From Methanobacteriota archaeon (GTDB lineage: Archaea > Thermoplasmatota > Poseidoniia > Poseidoniales > Thalassarchaeaceae), in NCBI GenBank assembly GCA_002722735.1, contig PBMR01000019.1:4746-68745 (forward strand): DNA of 64,000 nucleotides, written 5' to 3'. The notes under the pieces are model-generated. The model saw only the letters and a list, made by a program, of their open reading frames with translations, had not been told where the DNA came from and searched no databases. How positions within the stretch are numbered: the first letter of the stretch is position 1; every line of letters starts with the position of its first letter. Positions 26,319-33,827 of the stretch are shown here, in pieces. The position numbers and the translations under genes were made by a program.

Positions 26319-27539
26319 GTGGCAGAACTGTCAGAGCCTATACTCATCACTATTACCGTGCTGGTCACTGCTGGCATTGTGTGGAAAATTATGTCCGAGC
26401 GGGCAGCTAGAATGGTGGAAGAGGCTATGTCGGAGAGTAAGGTCGAAGTCGCAACTACTGAAGCTCGTTTGGGTGCTCTAACAGATGAGAAGGACACAAT
26501 GCAAAAGCAGATGCAAAATGCGTTCGAGGTGGCTGCTGCCAAGGCTTTCAAGACAGCTGTGGATAATGCAGATCAGGAGAAGGAATCATCATTTTCTGTA
26601 GCAACTAAACAATTATCCGAAAGCATGAATGATTACATCAAGGCTATTCAGGATGCTGAAAAAGCGGATATCAAGCGAGCCGCTGACCTCAGTAACGAAG
26701 TCACTAATGTAAACAAACTAGGATTAACTCTCGCTGAAGAGACTCGTGAGTTGTCTCTGGCATTAAGAGGCGATCCTCAGGCTCAGGGTGCGTGGGGCGA
26801 GGTGGTGGTCGAGAGTCTTCTTCAGAGCATGGGCTTCGTTGAAGGTAGGGATTACACCAAGCAATTTTCCGAGACAGGCGCGGATAGAAAGCGCAAGCAA
26901 CCCGACTTCGTCCTAAATCTCCCCGATAATCGACAAGTTGTCATTGATTCCAAGGTCTCGATAACCGCCTACACAGAATATGTTAGCACTGGAGATGAAG
27001 GAGAAGCAATTATTGCAATGAAGAATCACTGCGATTCGATTAGGAACCATGCCAAGAAACTAGCCTCCAAAAACTATGAGCATATGGAGAGCATTCACAC
27101 CCTCGACTTCGTCCTAATGCTCGTCCCATTGGAAAGCGCATTCATCGATGCAATGAGATCCGATGCTAGCCTATACGAGGATTTGGTCGGAGATCGCCGG
27201 GTCAAGGTAGTCAGCGGTTCTACAATCATGCTCGCCCTACTACTCATCAAAGAACTGTGGAATCGCGAGAACCAGTCGCGCAATCAGATTGAACTGATGG
27301 AAAGAGGGGGGCTTCTCCACGATAAGGTCGTCACATTTCTTGAGTCGTTCACGACTGTAGGTTTCGAACTCGGGCAGGCGAAAGCGGCGTACGACGAAGC
27401 AGAGGATCAGTTAACCAGCGGAACCGGGAATGTCATCAGGCAAACAGAGTTGCTGAGAATACTCGGGGCCAAGGTGAAAAAGGACCTTCGAAGCAAGAGT
27501 GGTGTCAGGAGACTAGCCGAGGAAGCAGAAGAGGAGTGA
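26319..27539 (+). CDS. rmuC: DNA recombination protein RmuC
   Basis: N-terminal TM, a long coiled coil, then an RmuC nuclease-like core (RKQPDFVLNLPDNRQVVIDSKVSITAY, FVLMLVPLESAF). GTG start. The gene is visibly AT-richer than its neighbours. Confidence 0.8.
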   Translation: MAELSEPILITITVLVTAGIVWKIMSERAARMVEEAMSESKVEVATTEARLGALTDEKDTMQKQMQNAFEVAAAKAFKTAVDNADQEKESSFSVATKQLSESMNDYIKAIQDAEKADIKRAADLSNEVTNVNKLGLTLAEETRELSLALRGDPQAQGAWGEVVVESLLQSMGFVEGRDYTKQFSETGADRKRKQPDFVLNLPDNRQVVIDSKVSITAYTEYVSTGDEGEAIIAMKNHCDSIRNHAKKLASKNYEHMESIHTLDFVLMLVPLESAFIDAMRSDASLYEDLVGDRRVKVVSGSTIMLALLLIKELWNRENQSRNQIELMERGGLLHDKVVTFLESFTTVGFELGQAKAAYDEAEDQLTSGTGNVIRQTELLRILGAKVKKDLRSKSGVRRLAEEAEEE

Positions 27540-27564
27540 TTTAGTCCCCCTTCTTCGCCAATCC

Positions 27565-28146
27565 ATGGTCGACTGGTCCGAACAAGAGTACCACTCCGTG
27601 GTCCACCTACCCGAGAAGTACACCATTCTCGACTTGAGCGGAGGCACCTGGACCCCGCCGAAGACCGAATACAGTGTTGGCAAGTACGACGAAGTAAGGC
27701 CCAACCTGTACAATACCGACCTATTCGGTGGGACTCGCAACATCCACATGGGAATCGACATAGGCGGCCCGGTGGGAACTCCGTGCATGGCATTCGCCGA
27801 TGGTGAGGTGTCGCACTTCGGCTACAACCCTGAACAGGGCGATTACGGCAATGTCGTAATCACCAAGCACGACATAGGGGGAACTGCGGTGTGGGCACTC
27901 TACGGCCACATGGACGCTGCCTCCATAGAAGGCAAGTCGGTGGGGCAGAAGGTCTCCGCAGGCGAGGTGATAGCATGGTTCGGGGCCCATCACGAGAACG
28001 GCGGCTGGGAGCCGCACCTGCACTTCCAGCTCTCCTTGGTAGAGCCCGAGACTCACGATCTGCCCGGCGTAGTGGCTCCAGAGGAGCGAGCCCAAGCACT
28101 GTTAGACTACCCTGATCCGAGGCTGGTGCTCGGCCCGTTCTACTGA
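27565..28146 (+). CDS. M23 family (LytM-type) metallopeptidase domain protein, no signal peptide
   Basis: HMGIDIGGPVGTPCMAFADGEV, GNVVITKH, YGHM and PHLHFQL (HxxxD / HxH zinc motifs). Confidence 0.75.
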   Translation: MVDWSEQEYHSVVHLPEKYTILDLSGGTWTPPKTEYSVGKYDEVRPNLYNTDLFGGTRNIHMGIDIGGPVGTPCMAFADGEVSHFGYNPEQGDYGNVVITKHDIGGTAVWALYGHMDAASIEGKSVGQKVSAGEVIAWFGAHHENGGWEPHLHFQLSLVEPETHDLPGVVAPEERAQALLDYPDPRLVLGPFY

Positions 28147-29183
28147 ATCGTGGCCAGATGGGCCTTCAGAGAGACGATAGCAGGCATCTCCGAGGGATCC
28201 TCGCCAGTGAGAACGGCGAGCCCGATGGAAATCCAATCAGTGACGTGGGCAGCGTAGAGGAGCCTCTCGAGCAGGCTCTCCCCCTCGCACTCGATCCCCC
28301 AGGTCGGTGCGGCCTCGACCTCGGAGAGCATCCAGTCCACTCTGGCCTGCGCTCGCGGGTGCAGGTCATCGCACGACAACATCAGCAGCGCCTGGTTCGA
28401 GGCCGCATCCCCAGTCCATGCGACGACCTCGTTGTGGTTCATCTCGGGGATATCCGCGGAGCGGGCGAACTTGGCTGAGTTCTCGTTGAGCTGGCAGGCG
28501 AATCGGTAGGCTGCGGGGCTCAGGCAGGTCGGGGCGGCGATGCCTATCTCTCGGTCGACCAGCGAGCGGGCCAGAGTGGCGGACATGCCCTCGCCATCGG
28601 CTATGTCGGCATTGGATGATGCCGTGGTCAGACGCTCGAGCATTGCTGATCGCTCGTTCTCGCTGGGCTCGGGCAATAGGCCTAGGGCCCAGCACGCAGC
28701 CAGCTGGGTGCCGAAGATGTGCCCGAAGGCAGAGCGGGGCATCTGCCCGGGAGGCACGTTGAGGCATAACGAGCCCTCGCTTTCTGCCAGCAGCCCCTCG
28801 AGCTTTCCGCCCGAGCAGATTCCGACCACGGTGCCTCCCGAGGCCAGTACCTCGCTCACGCCGTCGAGGGTCTCCTCGGTGTTTCCGGAGTACGAGGTGG
28901 CGAATACCAGCCAGTCAGGCCCCCACCAACTGGGAATCCCGTAGTCCCTCCAGACTACGAACGGGAGTCCGCCTGAGTCGTCCGACAGCGCCTTCAGGAA
29001 GAGTCCCCCGGCGCCCGAGCCACCCATACCCAGACAGAGGACTCCGCTCCAGTCCGCATCCTGCTCGACATCCACCTCAGCACCCATGGCCGCTCGTAGG
29101 TCGTCTACGAACCTCCGGGTGTAGCCAGCCATGTCCTGGCCGTCCAACTCGTCTAGGAGAGTCGCAAAGTCCGGCTCGCTCAT
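28140..29183 (-). CDS. bifunctional phosphoglucose/phosphomannose isomerase (SIS domain)
   Basis: GMGGSGAGG and SYSGNTEETL motifs. ATG 29183 overlaps the NMD3 stop (ATGA). Confidence 0.8.
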   Translation of the reverse strand: MSEPDFATLLDELDGQDMAGYTRRFVDDLRAAMGAEVDVEQDADWSGVLCLGMGGSGAGGLFLKALSDDSGGLPFVVWRDYGIPSWWGPDWLVFATSYSGNTEETLDGVSEVLASGGTVVGICSGGKLEGLLAESEGSLCLNVPPGQMPRSAFGHIFGTQLAACWALGLLPEPSENERSAMLERLTTASSNADIADGEGMSATLARSLVDREIGIAAPTCLSPAAYRFACQLNENSAKFARSADIPEMNHNEVVAWTGDAASNQALLMLSCDDLHPRAQARVDWMLSEVEAAPTWGIECEGESLLERLLYAAHVTDWISIGLAVLTGEDPSEMPAIVSLKAHLATIQ

Positions 29184-30238
29184 TCCTCGGCCTCCTTTGC
29201 CAACACTGGCAGGGCCACCCATTCCCCGTCTATGAAACCGATGCGCAGTTCACTGGCCTTTCCGTCGTCATCGTAGGGCAGGGCGACCGTGGACATTCGG
29301 AAGTCGCTCGGGTTCATCACCTCGGCGGCAGAGCTGTCGCGGTTCATGACCTGGACTAGGTGCTGTTCCTCCCTTGAGCATGCAACGCTGCACGACTCCA
29401 TGTCCCTCCATGTTGCCCCGGATCTCTCAAATCTGTCCAATCTGCGTAGGATGGGGCCTTCCTTCTGCCAACTGTCAATGACCCAGAGCCCCTTGTTATG
29501 GCGAACGACGTCGCCCAGAGCATAGGCCGGCTTGCGGTAACTCAGAGTCAGCCTCGAGACGTCAATCCCGTCATTTGACCCGACTACGGTCGAACTCTGC
29601 TTGACAGAGCCACCGAACGCCCTCACGAGGCTCCTGCCCCAGCTCCTCGCTAGGGACTTCGAGCCCAGTTGGAGGTCCCAGCCGCCGGGCACGGGACCCT
29701 CTTTGGTGACGAAGAACATCGGGTTCGCCTCCATGGAGTCAATGAGATCGTCTAGCGTGGCCCTGAGGTCAGCCAGCTCCTGCGCCTCAAGCTTCCTGCC
29801 CGCTGAGCGCAACTGCACGGTAGCCTCGAAGTATGATCCTGCCTTGCGGGCGCAAGCGGTGCAAACCGCATTGCTGGTCTGCAGTAGCGGAGAGTGTGAG
29901 TCGTGGAACTGATGTCCCTCGATCTCCCCCTCGACCTCTACGTGCAGTCGACTCGTCCTGTCGTCGATGGCCTCCACTGAGAAGCCCACATCCATCTTGC
30001 CGGCACGATCCTCCAGTACTAGGTTCTCGCGAATCCGAAGGTCAGCGAGGTCGTTGTCGCCCATCTGGGACCAGCGTCCATTCACCTCGTAGGCCTCGCA
30101 CTTAGCGCAGCGGTTCTGCTGGATCCTGTCTGGCATCTTCGACAGGGTTGTGCGCTTCCTCAGGCAGCCCTCGCAGAGCCTATCCGAGGACAGAGGGGGC
30201 TCTGCCCCGCAGGTGATGCAAAACGCGCCTCCGGCCAT
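29180..30238 (-). CDS. NMD3 family ribosomal large-subunit biogenesis/export factor homolog
   Basis: N-terminal Cys clusters CITCG...CEGC...RCAKCE typical of NMD3. Length is typical of archaeal NMD3. Confidence 0.8.
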   Translation of the reverse strand: MAGGAFCITCGAEPPLSSDRLCEGCLRKRTTLSKMPDRIQQNRCAKCEAYEVNGRWSQMGDNDLADLRIRENLVLEDRAGKMDVGFSVEAIDDRTSRLHVEVEGEIEGHQFHDSHSPLLQTSNAVCTACARKAGSYFEATVQLRSAGRKLEAQELADLRATLDDLIDSMEANPMFFVTKEGPVPGGWDLQLGSKSLARSWGRSLVRAFGGSVKQSSTVVGSNDGIDVSRLTLSYRKPAYALGDVVRHNKGLWVIDSWQKEGPILRRLDRFERSGATWRDMESCSVACSREEQHLVQVMNRDSSAAEVMNPSDFRMSTVALPYDDDGKASELRIGFIDGEWVALPVLAKEAEE

Positions 30239-30296
30239 TGGGGTCCCCGATGCTCCGCTCGGACATCCCGTTAGAAGGCTTGCGAGGGGGTCAGCG

Positions 30297-30446
30297 TCAA
30301 TCAGAATCTGCCTCGGGACCGCGTGAGGAGGATTCTCCGAGTTTGGAAGTCAAGCCGTTCAGTAGCACGATTTGACGAACGACATAGGTAGCGAGGAGGG
30401 AGGAGAGGAGGGTGTATGCCACGACTGCTTCGACCATTCCCGTCAT
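30297..30446 (-). CDS. 49 aa single-TM protein, CcmD-like by position (not in the ORF track)
   Basis: Hand translation gives MTGMVEAVVAYTLLSSLLATYVVRQIVLLNGLTSKLGESSSRGPEADSD followed by a stop. The ATG overlaps the ccmC stop (ATGA at 30443-30446). Confidence 0.5.
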   Translation of the reverse strand: MTGMVEAVVAYTLLSSLLATYVVRQIVLLNGLTSKLGESSSRGPEADSD

Positions 30447-31156
30447 GCTATTGCCCCCTCGTCAAGCATCCTCTGTCGGCCTTCCAGCTCCTCCTCTAGG
30501 GCCTGAATTGTGCCTGATAGTGTGACCAAGCCTACGAACAGCACTAGGAAGGAAACGAATCCGAGCATCAGAACCATGCGAATCTGTGGATCGAGGCCCG
30601 TATCCTCGCTCTCAACCAGAACGATCCCGGGATGGCGGTTCTGGTACCAAGTAGTCGCTAATGCCGTGATTGGCACTAGGGCGAATCCGAACAGTCCCAC
30701 GGCGGCCAGTGTGTCCCGGGTGTCATCACCATCTGGCTGAGTACGCCTGGAGAGCACGAGGAAGAGGGCGACGGCGGTAAGCAAGCCGTAGGTATTGAGG
30801 CGGAGGTCTCCCCAGTCCCATGGAACTCCCCACTCAGCCGAACCCCAAATCGGACCCGATATTACCACCCCAAGCCCGAACAGCAGCCCCAATTCAGAAC
30901 CGGTGACCACAAGGCGCCAGCCCCATTCCGTTCGCTTGCGGTACCAAGAGACAGCACCGATGAAGAGTAAGCAGAAGGCGAGGAAGGACGCCCATGCGAA
31001 CGGGACGTGCCAGAATAGGATCCGATAAGCCTCAGGGGCATTCCACGCCTCTGGATCGACTAGTGGGGCCCAGCTGAAACCAAGATAGGCCGTTGCTATC
31101 ACCCCGACAAGACCGCAAGAGGTGAGCGTGAGCCCAAGAGTCCTCGTGTCAGGCAT
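30443..31156 (-). CDS. ccmC: heme exporter protein CcmC
   Basis: Trp-rich motif WGSAEWGVPWDWGDLRL, conserved His in FWHVPFAW and WYQNRHPG, about 6 TM, 237 aa from MPDTRTL. The upstream Arg-rich part of track ORF 30443..31843 is rejected. Confidence 0.8.
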   Translation of the reverse strand: MPDTRTLGLTLTSCGLVGVIATAYLGFSWAPLVDPEAWNAPEAYRILFWHVPFAWASFLAFCLLFIGAVSWYRKRTEWGWRLVVTGSELGLLFGLGVVISGPIWGSAEWGVPWDWGDLRLNTYGLLTAVALFLVLSRRTQPDGDDTRDTLAAVGLFGFALVPITALATTWYQNRHPGIVLVESEDTGLDPQIRMVLMLGFVSFLVLFVGLVTLSGTIQALEEELEGRQRMLDEGAIA

Positions 31157-31194
31157 GAGGGGGCGATTCGGGGGCGGGTCAAGAATCCTCGTCC

Positions 31195-32607
31195 TCAGGC
31201 GTCTGGGATGAAAATGGCAACGAGCCAAATGAGAGCGGAGGTGATGCTCGCAATGAGGCAGGTCGTTATCGGATCCCCCATCCCCAGACCGAAGGTCATG
31301 CCCTCGTTCATTATCGTGGCGAGGGCGTCGGTAAGCTCGAGGAACGGCCATACCAGGGCGACGAGCAGCAGAGAGGCCGTGGCGGCGCTTGCCCGACGAA
31401 GGTCTGCGACAAGCAGATGCAGGGCTGCGGCGGCAACGGCCAGATCGAGCATCGAGAGTGCGGGCAGCCAAAGCCACCTCAGAACCTCGGATGAAGCGTC
31501 GGAATCGAACGAGCCGGCCAGAACGAACCAAGATAGGTAAGTCAGTGGTATCGGCAGCACTAGGGATGCGGCGGCAATAGAGTTCGCCGGACGGGCCATC
31601 GGCCCGACGACGGCATTCCACCAACGCCCGCAGTCTGCCTCTGCCAGCCTTCTGACCAGTGCGGGGGAGGTCACTGCCGTGATGAAGGCCGGTGCGAGGA
31701 CCAGTGCGGCCAGCAGCCCGCTGCCGTGCAGGCCCATGTCCAGATTTCCGATCAAGGCATAGGCTAGCAGCATGGCCACGACCGCCGGCGTGGCGCGACC
31801 GACGGTGTCGATGGGGTTCCTCATCTCCATCCTGAATGCCCATCTGATGAGGGATCCAATCTGACTGGGTTCCACAGGGGGGCAGGCATTTGGCAACACG
31901 ACTGGCTCGCCAGTGGATTCACCTGTCGTTTCATCGAGGACGCCGCCCCGTATCGAGATGAGTCGATCGGCGCAAGCAATGACGTCCTTGTCGTGAGTTG
32001 CGACCAAAACTCCGTGGCCATTAGAGGCAAGGCCCCTGAGCCACCCCCTCAGTAGGGCCTTCGCACCATCATCAAGGCCCTCCGAAGGCTCGTCGAGCAG
32101 TACGGCGCGAGAGTCCACGCTAAGTGCTGCGGGAGCGAGCCCACATAGCAATGAGAGCCTCCTTCTGAGTCCGCCAGACAGCTGTGAGACCCTGTCATCG
32201 GATCGGTGTTCGAGCCCCCATGCATCCAGTAGGGAGGAGATGTCTCCCCCACAGGGGTCACGCCCTGCAACCGAGAGGGCGGTAGCGAGTCGCTCCTTGA
32301 CCGTCTCCTCGCCGCACATGCCGTCCTTCTGGAGCGTGAGGCCCATCGAGGGAGGGGGAGTGCGCCGTCCATCGGAATCCCGAACGACCCTCTCCGCCCC
32401 GGACTCGGTTCGCCACGTCACCCTGCCAGAGCGCAGGGGAAGTATTCCTGCGCAGGCCTCGATCAAGGTGGTCTTGCCCGATCCATTCTCACCCAGTACA
32501 GCCACAACCTCACCCTCTCCGAGTTCCATTGAGGCCCCTTGGAGAACCCTCCTCGAGCCTCTGTTAACCTCGATTGCAGTGGCTGCCACGAGCGCGTCTT
32601 GTCCCAT
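31195..32607 (-). CDS. fused ABC ATPase (CcmA-like) and CcmB-like permease
   Basis: Walker A GENGSGKTT, signature LSGGLRRRLSL, Walker B VLLDEPSEGLD and H-loop VLVATHD. These are followed by a ~230 aa six-helix hydrophobic domain beginning LIRWAFRMEMRNP, which resembles a CcmB N-terminus. Confidence 0.65.
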   Translation of the reverse strand: MGQDALVAATAIEVNRGSRRVLQGASMELGEGEVVAVLGENGSGKTTLIEACAGILPLRSGRVTWRTESGAERVVRDSDGRRTPPPSMGLTLQKDGMCGEETVKERLATALSVAGRDPCGGDISSLLDAWGLEHRSDDRVSQLSGGLRRRLSLLCGLAPAALSVDSRAVLLDEPSEGLDDGAKALLRGWLRGLASNGHGVLVATHDKDVIACADRLISIRGGVLDETTGESTGEPVVLPNACPPVEPSQIGSLIRWAFRMEMRNPIDTVGRATPAVVAMLLAYALIGNLDMGLHGSGLLAALVLAPAFITAVTSPALVRRLAEADCGRWWNAVVGPMARPANSIAAASLVLPIPLTYLSWFVLAGSFDSDASSEVLRWLWLPALSMLDLAVAAAALHLLVADLRRASAATASLLLVALVWPFLELTDALATIMNEGMTFGLGMGDPITTCLIASITSALIWLVAIFIPDA

Positions 32608-32685
32608 GTACCGGCGAGAGCGCGTCTTCGTTTGAGTAGTTCCGTCTTTGCGAAGCCCTCTTGATGACCAGTCATCAGGGGTTGG

Positions 32686-33759
32686 GTGATGGCGTCGGTG
32701 GGCTTTGACAACGACGTGACTTGGAGCTATCTCGAGCCAACGGACTATGTGTGGATAGCCATACTACTAGCAATCGCGGTGGGCCCGTTCATCACAGCCT
32801 TTCGAAACGAGACGAGCATTGCTCTAGCCATGGTGCTCTCCCTGCTGCTAGTGATGTTCGTCCAGTTCGCGCTCTCTACATTCGACTCCGAGTTATTCGG
32901 TTTCGATCCCATTCACCTGTTCAGCGTTATTCCAGTGATAATTTCTGATTCATCTGCTGCGGGGGATCCTTCCCATTTCCATCGAATCTTCACCGCAGCT
33001 TGGCTGCATGCTGACTGGATTCACGTTCTGGGGAACGTCTTGGTAATCGCCCTGGCTGGAGTGCCACTAGAGCAGCGTTTGGGGGCGAGGAGATGGGTCG
33101 CGGTGTATGTGCTGGGCCTCGTTGGGGGAAACCTAGCGTGGATTGCATCGCACCCAGACTCAGGGGTTCCGGCCATTGGGGCAAGCGGTGCTGCATTTGG
33201 CATTCTGGGAGCGTACATGGCCTGCTGGCCGGAGGACAAGATCGAGTTTCCCCTATTGTTCATGATTCGGGCTTGGCCGGTCTGGCTGATCGCCTTCGTC
33301 CGCCTTGGGTTGGAGGTCTTCCAGATGTACTCCATCCAGTCTGGAACCGCGGGAGAGGGCAACATCGCCCACATGGCCCACGTTGGCGGCTTCTTCCTCG
33401 CATATGCCTTGGCGAGACCGATTGCAAAAGGGGCTCCGAGTGCATTGGACGAATCCGGCCAACCGGCTACTGGGGCTTCACGGGCAGAGGCTATCAGGAG
33501 TCGAGCAACTGCTAGGATGAGGGGGTTGGTAGGTGATCCGTGGGCCGAGGCAGGCGAGCCCCTCCAAGGCCATGCTGCTAGAATCCTCTCTAGGCTTCGA
33601 GAGGAGGGTGACGAGTTGGAGACTAGGAGGGCATGGCTCGAGGAGCTTGCCGAGCACACCATCTGCCCGATCTGCAAAGGAGAGGTGTTGCCAATCGTGG
33701 ACAGGGGGGTATGCGAACTCAGGTGCGGAGTTTCTGCTCGACACATGAGGTGGCCATAA
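32686..33759 (+). CDS. rhomboid family intramembrane serine protease with a C-terminal cytoplasmic zinc ribbon
   Basis: WLHADWIHVLGN, catalytic GASGAAFG and AHVGGF. The C-terminus carries CPICKGEVLPIVDRGVCELRC. Confidence 0.85.
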   Translation: MMASVGFDNDVTWSYLEPTDYVWIAILLAIAVGPFITAFRNETSIALAMVLSLLLVMFVQFALSTFDSELFGFDPIHLFSVIPVIISDSSAAGDPSHFHRIFTAAWLHADWIHVLGNVLVIALAGVPLEQRLGARRWVAVYVLGLVGGNLAWIASHPDSGVPAIGASGAAFGILGAYMACWPEDKIEFPLLFMIRAWPVWLIAFVRLGLEVFQMYSIQSGTAGEGNIAHMAHVGGFFLAYALARPIAKGAPSALDESGQPATGASRAEAIRSRATARMRGLVGDPWAEAGEPLQGHAARILSRLREEGDELETRRAWLEELAEHTICPICKGEVLPIVDRGVCELRCGVSARHMRWP

Positions 33760-33827
33760 CGGTACAAGCCAAGTACTACCAGAGGTTGGAATTATACCAA
33801 GAATGATTTTGGCTCTCTTAGAGAGCC

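Noticed and set aside
31157-31843. Arg-rich N-terminal extension of track ORF 30443..31843
   Set aside because: It is an alternative frame across the CcmB-like permease region of the ccmAB gene. The sequence (RHRRSRHAGGRGH...) is typical GC-rich out-of-frame translation. CcmC homology starts at MPDTRTL (31156).
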